Source: a virus (taxonomy: Duplodnaviria; Heunggongvirae; Uroviricota; Caudoviricetes). From it: DNA of 33,790 nt. Each line of letters starts with the position of its first letter. Position 1 is the stretch's first letter. Positions 7,303-15,048 of the stretch are shown one piece after another. Under the pieces are notes generated by a model. It made no database searches. It was given only the letters and a program-made list of their open reading frames with translations, and had not been told where the DNA came from. The stretch covers positions 1 through 33,790 of IMG/VR virus record IMGVR_UViG_2529292829_000010. One strand, 5' to 3'. The position numbers and the translations under genes were made by a program.

Positions 7303-8343
7303 ATGGCTAACGCCTGGCTCAGATTATGGCATGACATGCCAAACGATCCTAAGTGGCGAACAATTTCCAGGTTGTCAGGACAGCCAATCGCAACAGTGAT
7401 GGCTGTGTATATCCACCTTCTGGTGAGTGCGTCACGAAATGTCACGACATGTCACGGTGTGTCACTACGTGGTCACATTGATGTCACGGCGGAAGATTTA
7501 GCAAGTGCGCTTGATGTGACGGAAGAAGTAATTGATTCAATTTTACAGGCAATGCAGGGGCGGGTACTTGATGGAGATTTGATCAGTGGATGGGAAAAAC
7601 GCCAGGTACTGAAAGAGGACAATGGCAACGTTTCACAAACCGCGAAATCCCCGGCAGAGCGCAAGAGAGCGCAGCGCGAGAGGGAAAAATTACGAAAACA
7701 GAATGAGGGGGCGCGCGACGAGTCACGCATCTGTCACGACATGTCACGACGAGTCACGACAGATAAAGATACAGATAAAGAATTAAACCCCACACATAAC
7801 GCGCGCGTGCGAGAGAGTGCTCCTGCCAGTGAGGCAAATGGCGTGCCGTTGCAAACAGCGGAACCTGATTACCTGGAAGGCCTGAGCGAACCCATCGGGA
7901 AATTTCCGATGACCGATGGCTGGCATCCGTCGCCGGATTTTCGACGACGGGCTGCGCTGTGGGGCGTGGCTCTTCCTGAGCCGGAATTTACACCAGCTGA
8001 ACTTTCCGCCTTCCGGGACTACTGGGCAGCGGAGGGCAAAGTGTTCACGCAGGTTCAGTGGGAGCAGAAATTCGCCCGTCACGTAAATCACGTCAGGGCG
8101 CAGGCTAAACCAGTCAGCAAGGGGGTAAACCATGCAGCAGCACCAGGTGGCACCGCATCACGGGCAGTTCAGGAAATTCGGGCAGCACGTGAGCAGTGGG
8201 AACGTGAAAACGGATTTATCAGCGACGGAAACGGCCTGGAAGCTGTGGGAACTCATGGGGGAGGTTTATTCGAACCGCTGGACCCAGAAGAACGGGGCCG
8301 CACCTTCGAAGCTCTGGATTGCACAGATTGGCGCGATGACTGA
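7303..8343 (+). CDS. Replication initiator (O-like), about 346 aa, with internal iterons
   Basis: ATG at 7303 six nt after AAAGAGG (GTG at 7297 is an alternative). Lies directly upstream of the P homolog. Contains two arrays of GTCAC direct repeats and an AT-rich tract. Confidence 0.7.
   Translation: MANAWLRLWHDMPNDPKWRTISRLSGQPIATVMAVYIHLLVSASRNVTTCHGVSLRGHIDVTAEDLASALDVTEEVIDSILQAMQGRVLDGDLISGWEKRQVLKEDNGNVSQTAKSPAERKRAQREREKLRKQNEGARDESRICHDMSRRVTTDKDTDKELNPTHNARVRESAPASEANGVPLQTAEPDYLEGLSEPIGKFPMTDGWHPSPDFRRRAALWGVALPEPEFTPAELSAFRDYWAAEGKVFTQVQWEQKFARHVNHVRAQAKPVSKGVNHAAAPGGTASRAVQEIRAAREQWERENGFISDGNGLEAVGTHGGGLFEPLDPEERGRTFEALDCTDWRDD
7429..7489. repeat. Iteron array 1: six GTCAC-core repeats at about 10-11 bp spacing
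   Basis: GTCAC at 7431, 7441, 7451, 7461, 7472 and 7483 inside the O-like ORF. Confidence 0.7.
7721..7792. repeat. Iteron array 2 (four GTCACG repeats) plus adjacent AT-rich tract: candidate origin
   Basis: GTCAC at 7722, 7733, 7743 and 7753, followed by AGATAAAGATACAGATAAAGAATTAAA (7761-7790). This resembles the lambda ori arrangement inside O. Confidence 0.65.
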
Positions 8344-8797
8344 GCAGCAAATCCGACAGGTCTGCCGCCAGTGCATGGACCGCTGCCGGGCGGGTGAAAC
8401 ATGGCCTCCGGACCTGGCTGAGTTTGTGGCACTGATTTCGGAGAGTGGGGCAAATCCATTTGGTCTGACGGTGGATGCTGTGATGGAGGAGTACCGTCGC
8501 TGGCGCAATGAGTCCTGGCGATACGACGGAAGCGATAAATACCCATGGACTCAGCCTGTGCTGTATCACATTTGCCTCGAGATGCGTTCAAAGGGGATTG
8601 AGCGCCAGATGACCGAAGGGGAATTAAAACGGCTTGCAGAACGGCAGCTGACGAAATGGGCAAAGCATGTTAGTAACGGCCTGAGCGTTCCGCCAGTCCG
8701 GCGACAACTGGCGGCACCCAAACGCCCGTCGGGACCAACGCCAATTGAGTTACTGAAACAGGAATATGAACGCCGGAAAGCGGCTGGGTTTGTTTGA
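8132..8797 (+). CDS. Replication protein P-like helicase loader, 221 aa
   Basis: C-terminal similarity to lambda P: YPW..., [14 protein letters not shown] versus [24 protein letters not shown] versus SPGQFVAW. ATG at 8132 has AAGGGGG upstream. Overlaps the O-like gene by 212 nt in another frame; later starts at 8255 or 8337 are possible. Confidence 0.75.
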   Translation: MQQHQVAPHHGQFRKFGQHVSSGNVKTDLSATETAWKLWELMGEVYSNRWTQKNGAAPSKLWIAQIGAMTEQQIRQVCRQCMDRCRAGETWPPDLAEFVALISESGANPFGLTVDAVMEEYRRWRNESWRYDGSDKYPWTQPVLYHICLEMRSKGIERQMTEGELKRLAERQLTKWAKHVSNGLSVPPVRRQLAAPKRPSGPTPIELLKQEYERRKAAGFV

Positions 8798-8831
8798 GTT
8801 GAGAAGTAATTTTTACCGGGAGGAAATTTTA

Positions 8832-9593
8832 ATGGAGACCGTTTTTGACGCACTGAAAGCGATGGGAAAAGCTACGTCGGTAGAACTGGCTGAGCGACTT
8901 GATATCAGTCGTGAAGAAGTGCTGAACGAACTATGGGAACTGAAAAAGGCTGGTTTCGTTGATAAAAGCGCGTACACCTGGCGTGTGGCTGATAACAACG
9001 TTCAGCAGGAACAGCCAGCGCCAGAAGAACAGCCGGAAGAAACCTCCACGGCGACAGTAGCGAAAATCTCAGAGTGCGATTTAACCGCGACGATTGAACA
9101 ACGCGGACCACAAACGGCTGATGAGCTGGCTACATTGTTTGGTACCACATCACGCAAAGTGGCTTCAACGCTGGCAATGGCAATCAGCAAAGGCCGTCTG
9201 ATTCGTGCTAATCAGGACGGTAAATTTCGTTACTGTATGCCGGGCGATAATTTACCAGCAGAGCCGAAAGCAGCATCGGTAGCGGAAACTGATGGTAAAG
9301 CCTTTCCTCAGCCTGCATGCGTTGCGTTACCAGTACAGGAAGCTGCAACACAGGAAGATATTAAAACAGAGACTGTGGCGGACATTGTGCAGTCGCTGCC
9401 ATCGTTTACTGAAACGCGAGCGGATGACCTGGTTTTACCATCGCTGCATATGGCAAACCGCGAACTGCGTCGGGCGAAAAATCATGTCCAGAAGTGGGAG
9501 CGAGTCTGCGCCGCGCTGCGGGAGCTGAACAAGCACCGGGATATTGTACGACAGATTACTGATTCTTCCCGCCATGTTGCATCGGAAAAGTGA
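8832..9593 (+). CDS. Hypothetical protein with two winged-helix-like segments and a C-terminal helical region, 253 aa
   Basis: ATG at 8832 with GGGAGG upstream. Segments [30 protein letters not shown] and [32 protein letters not shown] look like wHTH. Confidence 0.65.
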   Translation: METVFDALKAMGKATSVELAERLDISREEVLNELWELKKAGFVDKSAYTWRVADNNVQQEQPAPEEQPEETSTATVAKISECDLTATIEQRGPQTADELATLFGTTSRKVASTLAMAISKGRLIRANQDGKFRYCMPGDNLPAEPKAASVAETDGKAFPQPACVALPVQEAATQEDIKTETVADIVQSLPSFTETRADDLVLPSLHMANRELRRAKNHVQKWERVCAALRELNKHRDIVRQITDSSRHVASEK

Positions 9594-9608
9594 TTGCCGG
9601 AGGCACCT

Positions 9609-10025
9609 GTGGCAAAAGTATTTACACCAGAAGAGCGGGAAAAAATTAAAGGGCAGGTTATTGAACTCGTGCGCCAGAGTGGGCGCGAGACGTTACGGCA
9701 ACTGGAAGCTAAAACAGGGGCGACAAGATACCTGATGAGCGTTCTCGCCAGAGAGCTGGTTGCCAGTGGTGATGTATACAACTCTGGCTACGGGTTATTC
9801 CCGTCTGAACAGGCTCGTAAGGACTGGATAAAGGCCCGCAAAAAGATGTCGAAAGCAGCAGTGAAAAAAAAGAGCGACCCGGACTTGGTTTATTCATTAC
9901 CAGACGGAGAAATACGTCGTTACAACAGACGACAGAACATAATCTGTCGCGAGTGCCGGAAGAGTGAGGTTATGCAGCGAGTGCTGGCGTTTTATCAGGG
10001 GAATTTTGAGGAGGAGGTACTGTGA
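9609..10025 (+). CDS. Hypothetical protein, about 138 aa (GTG start)
   Basis: GTG at 9609 six nt after GGAGG (TTG at 9594 is an alternative). Possible HTH GRETLRQLEAKTGATRYLMSVLAREL. Cys pair CRECRK near the C-terminus. Confidence 0.55.
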   Translation: MAKVFTPEEREKIKGQVIELVRQSGRETLRQLEAKTGATRYLMSVLARELVASGDVYNSGYGLFPSEQARKDWIKARKKMSKAAVKKKSDPDLVYSLPDGEIRRYNRRQNIICRECRKSEVMQRVLAFYQGNFEEEVL

Positions 10026-10082
10026 GTGAAATTAGCTATCAGGCTTCAATTACCGCTGGCATTCGCATCAAAGGAGAGGAGC

Positions 10083-10442
10083 ATGGAAATAAAACCAGAA
10101 GATGAGTTAAGTAATATTGTTTTATTTCCGGTAAAAGAGGATGACCCACGTAATCAGGTTAATTTTCTTTATGAGCCATCGGAAAGACCATGCTGCCATC
10201 ACGCTTCTGTCCGGGTTGACGAAAAAGAGCGTCAGGTCCGCTGTAAAATCTGCGGTGCAGTTGTGGAGCCATTTGACTGGATGCTCTCTGTGGCGAAAAG
10301 AGAAACCAGACTGGCAGATGGTGTAAAACAATTGCGTCAGGAGGAACGGGAAAGACGGAAAAATATAGAAAAGTTAATTCAGATTGAGCGTAACGCGAAA
10401 GCGCGGATACGCAGGGCGAAAAAAACAGAACTGAATAATTAA
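10083..10442 (+). CDS. Hypothetical zinc-ribbon protein, 119 aa
   Basis: ATG at 10083 with AAAGGAGAGGAG upstream. CCHH...C-x2-C pattern (PCCHHASVRV...CKICGAV). Basic coiled C-terminus. Confidence 0.6.
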   Translation: MEIKPEDELSNIVLFPVKEDDPRNQVNFLYEPSERPCCHHASVRVDEKERQVRCKICGAVVEPFDWMLSVAKRETRLADGVKQLRQEERERRKNIEKLIQIERNAKARIRRAKKTELNN

Positions 10443-10586
10443 ATTTAGCACTGTAAATAATTTTAATCCTTAACCTGAGGGATTTCTGCACCCTCAGAAC
10501 ATCAGTAGGCCGCCCGAAAGGGCGGGAAGCAGTCACACATTTGTTTCCGATAGTCCCGTTCTAATGCTAGACTATTTGATATTTTC

Positions 10587-11273
10587 ATGACCACAATAAA
10601 TACGTTTATGACAGTTGCTGATTTCAAACGGCCTAAATTGGAGCTCCCAAACGGGGCAAACAAACTACTACTGCACTCTTGCTGTGCTCCATGTTCCGGT
10701 GAAGTGATGGAGGCGCTTCAGGCCTCGGGAATCGACTACACCATCTTTTTCTACAACCCGAACATTCATCCTCAGAAAGAGTATTTAATTCGTAAGGATG
10801 AGAATATTCGCTTTGCTGAACAACACGGCGTGCAGTTTATCGATGCTGATTACGACACAGACAACTGGTTTGAACGTGCCAAAGGAATGGAATGGGAGCC
10901 CGAGAGGGGGATCCGTTGTACCATGTGTTTTGACATGCGTTTTGAGCGGACAGCGTTGTACGCTGCTGAAAATGGTTTCAGTGTGATCAGCAGTTCGCTG
11001 GGCATTTCACGCTGGAAAAATATGCAGCAGGTTAACGACTGTGGGCGGCGAGCCGTCGCGCATTATCCGGGAATGGTGTACTGGGATTATAACTGGCGCA
11101 AGCAGGGCGGCTCGTCCCGTATGATTGAAATCAGCAAGCGCGAAAAATTCTATCAGCAGGAATATTGTGGCTGTGTGTATTCTCTGCGCGATACCAATCT
11201 ACACCGCAAATCTCAGGGACGCCCTCTTATCAAAATTGGTCAACTCCACTACGGTAAAGAAGAGAAGGAGTGA
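10587..11273 (+). CDS. QueH-like (DUF208) epoxyqueuosine reductase family protein, 228 aa
   Basis: Motif [11 protein letters not shown] near the N-terminus, plus RCTMCFD and YCGCVY Cys clusters, as I recall for DUF208/QueH. Preceded by two stem-loops and an AT-rich leader. Weak SD, so start is uncertain. Confidence 0.7.
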   Translation: MTTINTFMTVADFKRPKLELPNGANKLLLHSCCAPCSGEVMEALQASGIDYTIFFYNPNIHPQKEYLIRKDENIRFAEQHGVQFIDADYDTDNWFERAKGMEWEPERGIRCTMCFDMRFERTALYAAENGFSVISSSLGISRWKNMQQVNDCGRRAVAHYPGMVYWDYNWRKQGGSSRMIEISKREKFYQQEYCGCVYSLRDTNLHRKSQGRPLIKIGQLHYGKEEKE

Positions 11274-11399
11274 TTTTATGGATCACCTTTCTGATTGATT
11301 TCATATTGGCGAGGTAGCAGGAGTTAAGTAGAATTGCTGCGGGTGCTTGAGGCTATCTGTCTCAGGCATGAACACCAAAAGGCAGATAGAGAAAAGCCC

Positions 11400-11462
11400 C
11401 AGTTAACATTACGCGTCCTGCAAGACGCTTAACATTAATCTGAGGCCATATCTATGCGACAC
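11400..11462 (-). ncRNA. Putative Sok-like antisense RNA
   Basis: Minus-strand promoter-like TTGACC (plus 11491-11496) with a weak -10 near 11466-11471. Antisense to the mok-like start at 11454. Hairpin GCGUCUUGCAGGACGC (plus 11412-11427) near the predicted 3' end. Boundaries inferred. Confidence 0.35.
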
Positions 11463-11513
11463 ATAGAGATTAGCCTCTTACGGACCGAAAGGTCAAGGAG
11501 AAGCAGGCTATGA
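11454..11513 (+). CDS. mok-like leader ORF, 19 codons, translationally coupled to hok
   Basis: ATG at 11454; its TGA stop (11511-11513) overlaps the hok ATG (11510-11512). Confidence 0.35.
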   Translation: MRHIEISLLRTERSRRSRL

Positions 11514-11665
11514 AGCAGCGAAAGGCGATGTTAATCGCCCTGATCGTCATCTGTTTAACCGTCATAGTGACGGCACTGGTAACGAGGAAAGACCTCTGCG
11601 AGGTACGAATCCGAACCGGCCAGACGGAGGTCGCTGTCTTCACAGCTTACGAACCTGAGGAGTAA
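11510..11665 (+). CDS. hokD: Hok/Gef-family type I toxin, 51 aa
   Basis: MKQRKAMLIALIVICLTVIVTALVTRKDLCEVRIRTGQTEVAVFTAYEPEE: single TM segment and conserved Cys pattern, matching my recollection of HokD/RelF. AGGAG 10 nt upstream. Below the 60-aa cutoff of the ORF track. Confidence 0.85.
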   Translation: MKQRKAMLIALIVICLTVIVTALVTRKDLCEVRIRTGQTEVAVFTAYEPEE

Positions 11666-11832
11666 GAGACCTGGCGGGGGAGAAATCCCTCGCCACCTCT
11701 GATGTGTCAGGCATCCTCAATGCACCCGCACTTAACCCGCTTCGGCGGGTTTTGTTTTTTCTGAGCATCCTGGTTTACAATCCACATGCCAGCCTGAACA
11801 ACTGGCACCTGCTGCGCCAGCAGAGAAAACAG

Positions 11833-12105
11833 ATGGCGCACAAGACCAAATTACACAATTCTGATACCGTTCGTGCCAGCAGGCACGGGCGGTGTTCGCA
11901 CGCATTCAAATATGACTGGTATCAGCACGACCCCTGCACTGAAGAACAGGCCGAATGGCTGATTCATAACTACCGCAGACGTGGGTATGAGTTTAGGAAA
12001 GCCCTCAGCCTCGATTATCGTCACTGGATAATCTACGTCAGACTCCCTTATTCCGAACGCCCACCGCGTCCGTCCCGCACATTCCAGCAACGCATCTGGA
12101 GGTAA
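11833..12105 (+). CDS. Hypothetical protein, 90 aa, Rem-like by position
   Basis: ATG at 11833. Position between hok and the YdfU-like gene mirrors the Qin order hokD-rem-ydfU. The upstream part of the 133-aa ORF overlaps the hok 3' structure and is unlikely to be coding. Confidence 0.45.
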   Translation: MAHKTKLHNSDTVRASRHGRCSHAFKYDWYQHDPCTEEQAEWLIHNYRRRGYEFRKALSLDYRHWIIYVRLPYSERPPRPSRTFQQRIWR

Positions 12106-12106
12106 C

Positions 12107-13156
12107 GTGCGGGTATTACTTCGACCTGTTCTGGTGCCGGAACTTGGGGTGGTTATCGTTAAGCCTGGTCGTGAATCCATGCAGGTATTCCATAACGGCA
12201 GAGTGCTGGTTGAACCGGAGCCAAAAAGCATGCGCGGTCTGCCGTCCGGGGTCGTTCCTGCCGTTCGCCAGCCGCTGGCGGAAGACAAATCTCTGCTGCC
12301 ATTTTTCAGCGATGAGCGGGTGATTCGTGCTGCCGGCGGCGCTGGTGCACTGTCTGACTGGCTCCTGCGTCATGTTAAATCCTGCCAGTGGCCTCATGGT
12401 GACTACCATCACAGTGAAACCGTCATACATCGTTACGGTACCGGCGCGATGGTGCTGTGCTGGCACTGCGACAACCAGCTGCGTGACCAGACATCCGAAT
12501 CACTCGGGCAACTTGCTCATCAAAACCTGTCAGCATGGATGATTGACGTCATACGCCATGCAGTGAATGGCACGCAGGAGCGGGAATTATCGCTGGCTGA
12601 ATTATCCTGGTGGGCGGTCCGCAATCAGGTGGCGGACGCGCTTCCGGAGGCAGTATTACGTCGTTCTCTGGGGTTACGTGCGGAAAAAATCCGCTCTGTC
12701 TACCGTGAAAGCGACATCATACCGGGAGAGCAGACAGCCACCAGCATACTGAAGCAGCGCACAAAAAATATTGTGCTACCGCCTCACGCCCACCAGCAAC
12801 AGAACCCACCACAGGAAAAGACGGTGGTCAGCATTGCCGTTGATCCGGAGTCTCCTGAATCTTTCATGAAGCGACCTAAACGTCGCCGCTGGGTTAACGA
12901 AAAGTACACGCGCTGGGTTAAGACACATCCGTGTGCATGTTGTGGTAAGCCAGCCGACGATCCCCATCACCTGATTGGTCACGGTCAGGGAGGGATGGGG
13001 ACAAAAGCCCACGATATTTTCACGCTACCGCTGTGCCGGGAGCATCACAATGAACTTCATGCTGATCCGCTGGCATTTGAAGAAAAGCATGGTTCCCAGA
13101 TTGATTTAATTTTTCGTTTTCTTGATCACGCCTTTGCAACCGGCGTGCTCGGGTAA
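12107..13156 (+). CDS. YdfU-like (DUF968) protein with C-terminal Cys/His cluster, 349 aa
   Basis: GTG at 12107 four nt after GGAGG. C-terminal HPCACCGKPADDPHHLIGHG...LCREHHNELH. Same size and position as Qin YdfU. Confidence 0.65.
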   Translation: MRVLLRPVLVPELGVVIVKPGRESMQVFHNGRVLVEPEPKSMRGLPSGVVPAVRQPLAEDKSLLPFFSDERVIRAAGGAGALSDWLLRHVKSCQWPHGDYHHSETVIHRYGTGAMVLCWHCDNQLRDQTSESLGQLAHQNLSAWMIDVIRHAVNGTQERELSLAELSWWAVRNQVADALPEAVLRRSLGLRAEKIRSVYRESDIIPGEQTATSILKQRTKNIVLPPHAHQQQNPPQEKTVVSIAVDPESPESFMKRPKRRRWVNEKYTRWVKTHPCACCGKPADDPHHLIGHGQGGMGTKAHDIFTLPLCREHHNELHADPLAFEEKHGSQIDLIFRFLDHAFATGVLG

Positions 13157-13168
13157 AAGAGGTTACTG

Positions 13169-13540
13169 ATGCGTATAGAGTTTGTTTTGCCTTACCCGCC
13201 AACGGTGAACACCTACTGGCGACGTCGTGGCAGTACATATTTTGTATCAAAAGCCGGTGAGCGTTATCGCCGTGATGTGGCGCTCATTGTTCGCCAGCAG
13301 CGACTGAAATTAAATCTGTCCGGAAGGCTAGCGATCAGGATTATTGTGGAGCCACCGGATAAGCGCCGTCGTGACCTGGACAATATCCTGAAAGCGCCAC
13401 TGGATGCACTGACACATGCGGGACTGCTTATCGACGACGAGCAGTTTGATGAAATTAATATTGTGCGCAGTCAGCTTGTACCTGGTGGTCGGCTGGGCGT
13501 GAAGATTTACGAAATTACAGGTGGTAACGATGGCACGTGA
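13169..13540 (+). CDS. rusA: Holliday junction resolvase RusA, 123 aa
   Basis: [31 protein letters not shown] closely parallels E. coli RusA [31 protein letters not shown]. AGAGG RBS. Confidence 0.9.
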   Translation: MRIEFVLPYPPTVNTYWRRRGSTYFVSKAGERYRRDVALIVRQQRLKLNLSGRLAIRIIVEPPDKRRRDLDNILKAPLDALTHAGLLIDDEQFDEINIVRSQLVPGGRLGVKIYEITGGNDGT

Positions 13541-13895
13541 TATTCAGATGGTTCTTGAGCGTTGGGGAGCGTGGGTGGCAAATAATCATGAGGATGTCAC
13601 ATGGCCATCGATTGCTGCTGGCTTTAAAGGATTAATACCGTCGAAAGTTAAATCGCGTCCGCAATGTTCCGACGATGACGCAATGATCATTTGTGGCTGT
13701 ATGGCCCGGTTGAATAAGAACAACAAAGAATTACACGATTTGCTGGTAGATTATTACGTGGCGGGCATGACGTTTATGGCGCTAGCACGAAAGCATGGTC
13801 GTTCGGATTGCTGGGTTGGCCGTTTGTTGCAAAAGGCTGAAGGGATAGTTGACGGCATGTTGATGATGCTTGATATCAAGCTGGACATGGACTGA
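13530..13895 (+). CDS. Late-gene antiterminator Q (short QuuD-type), 121 aa
   Basis: ATG at 13530 six nt after AGGTGG; overlaps the rusA stop. Cys cluster [16 protein letters not shown]. Canonical Q position between rusA and the late region. Confidence 0.75.
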   Translation: MARDIQMVLERWGAWVANNHEDVTWPSIAAGFKGLIPSKVKSRPQCSDDDAMIICGCMARLNKNNKELHDLLVDYYVAGMTFMALARKHGRSDCWVGRLLQKAEGIVDGMLMMLDIKLDMD

Positions 13896-13913
13896 TAAAA
13901 CTTAACTCACATA

Positions 13914-13933
13914 CCCTCTCCATGCGGAGAGGG
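13914..13933. terminator. Hairpin between convergent Q and lipoprotein genes (possible bidirectional terminator)
   Basis: CCCTCTCC-ATGC-GGAGAGGG, 8-bp stem. U-rich sequence on both sides is not immediately adjacent. Confidence 0.4.
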
Positions 13934-13939
13934 TATGAA

Positions 13940-14419
13940 TTAAATGTTTTTATAATAACTCGCTTTTTCGTTAAAATTATTTTTGTTTTCTCTGGATGGA
14001 GAACTTACGTAGTTTTCCCATGCGCTATACGTTTTGATTAATGCTTCTCGCTCTGTAGGTGATTTTGTGTTTGCCTTGAGTTTTTCAAATGGTTCTTTTG
14101 CTGCATTTAAAACGATCATCATTTGCTCGATGTCGCAGTCAGCGATTGCTTTTGATATATCGGGATCCCAGCCAACTCTCACTAACATATCTTGCTTGCT
14201 GGAAGTAATAAATTGTGTAGTGTTGATTATCATTTCTCCCTTATATAGAAGCTTTAAAAAATTATTTTTGTTAACTTGCTGGGGCGTGTTGTCCAAGGTG
14301 ATATTTTCGCATTTCTTTAAATACGCATAATGATCACTATTTCTGTTTTCTGCGGAAGATTGAGCCGTACACCCTGTAATGATCAATGTACTTAATAATG
14401 TCAATGCTATTTTTTTCAT
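13940..14419 (-). CDS. Lipoprotein of unknown function, 159 aa (moron)
   Basis: Signal peptide MKKIALTLLSTLIITGC with lipobox ITGC. Gene is visibly AT-rich relative to its flanks and oriented against the surrounding operons. Confidence 0.75.
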   Translation of the reverse strand: MKKIALTLLSTLIITGCTAQSSAENRNSDHYAYLKKCENITLDNTPQQVNKNNFLKLLYKGEMIINTTQFITSSKQDMLVRVGWDPDISKAIADCDIEQMMIVLNAAKEPFEKLKANTKSPTEREALIKTYSAWENYVSSPSRENKNNFNEKASYYKNI

Positions 14420-14495
14420 ATGGGCCTGCTTGTGAATTATCGCACAAGAAAAGTTCGACTAAATTTTATCGTAAAAAGACATCGCCGAACAGATG

Positions 14496-14523
14496 TTTAC
14501 AATCGTAAAAAATCAAATATGCT
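14496..14523 (+). promoter_or_regulatory. Candidate Q-dependent late promoter (PR'-like)
   Basis: -35 TTTACA (14496-14501), 16-nt spacer, -10 TATGCT (14518-14523). A short-transcript terminator follows about 35 nt downstream. Confidence 0.35.
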
Positions 14524-14557
14524 GTTAAGAGTGGTTACTTCGCCACACAGCTTAAAC

Positions 14558-14577
14558 CCGCCGCCAGGCGGTTTTTT
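14558..14577 (+). terminator. Candidate tR'-like intrinsic terminator
   Basis: CCGCC-GCCA-GGCGG followed by TTTTTT. Confidence 0.5.
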
Positions 14578-14700
14578 GTGTCCGAAAAACGGCGCAGTAC
14601 GTTAAACGTGCTGGTGGTTGCGAATACCGGTCTTTCAGCTTGCTGGCTTTTTCGACAAGAGTTATTGGTATGTCACGTTAACCAGAAAAGGGAAAAAGAC

Positions 14701-14898
14701 ATGCTAAAACAGCAGGATATGACCGAAACTGCCAGAGTGGTGTTTAATGAATTAAGCGTCACCGAACCGGCGACCGTCGGGGAGATTGCGCAGAATACTT
14801 ACCTTTCACGCGAACGCTGCCAGTTAATACTGACCCAGCTTGTTATGGCGGGTCTGGCAGATTATCAGTTCGGTTGTTACAGACGCCTTCCGCGGTGA
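14701..14898 (+). CDS. Small winged-helix-like protein, 65 aa
   Basis: ATG at 14701. PATVGEIAQNTYLSRERCQLILTQLVMAGL resembles a wHTH recognition region. Weak RBS. Confidence 0.45.
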   Translation: MLKQQDMTETARVVFNELSVTEPATVGEIAQNTYLSRERCQLILTQLVMAGLADYQFGCYRRLPR

Positions 14899-15048
14899 AG
14901 GTTTTTTAATTTGTGGTAATGGGCGGCTGGTGGGTGTTAGCGGCCCCTGCCAGCCATCTGCTCATGCGTTGTGGTCACAAGCAAACCTCAGGCCCATCTG
15001 CTTTGCGCAAAAGCGGTATGAGCCTATCAGAGAAGTGCTTATTGATCT

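Noticed and set aside
7429-7757. Short direct repeats considered as a possible CRISPR array
   Set aside because: Repeat unit is only ~10-11 bp with no fixed-length unique spacers and lies inside the initiator ORF; this fits replication-origin iterons instead.
10474-10526. Two GC stem-loops (CTGAGGG...CCCTCAG and GCCGCCC-GAAA-GGGCGG) as intrinsic terminators
   Set aside because: Neither is followed by a U-tract on either strand, so they are not called as rho-independent terminators; they may be processing sites or rho-dependent or antitermination-related structures.
14423-14448. TGTGA-N6-GCACA palindrome resembling a CRP site at the lipoprotein gene start
   Set aside because: One mismatch to consensus, and it sits on the RBS/start codon rather than at a promoter-activating distance; not enough evidence for a regulatory call.
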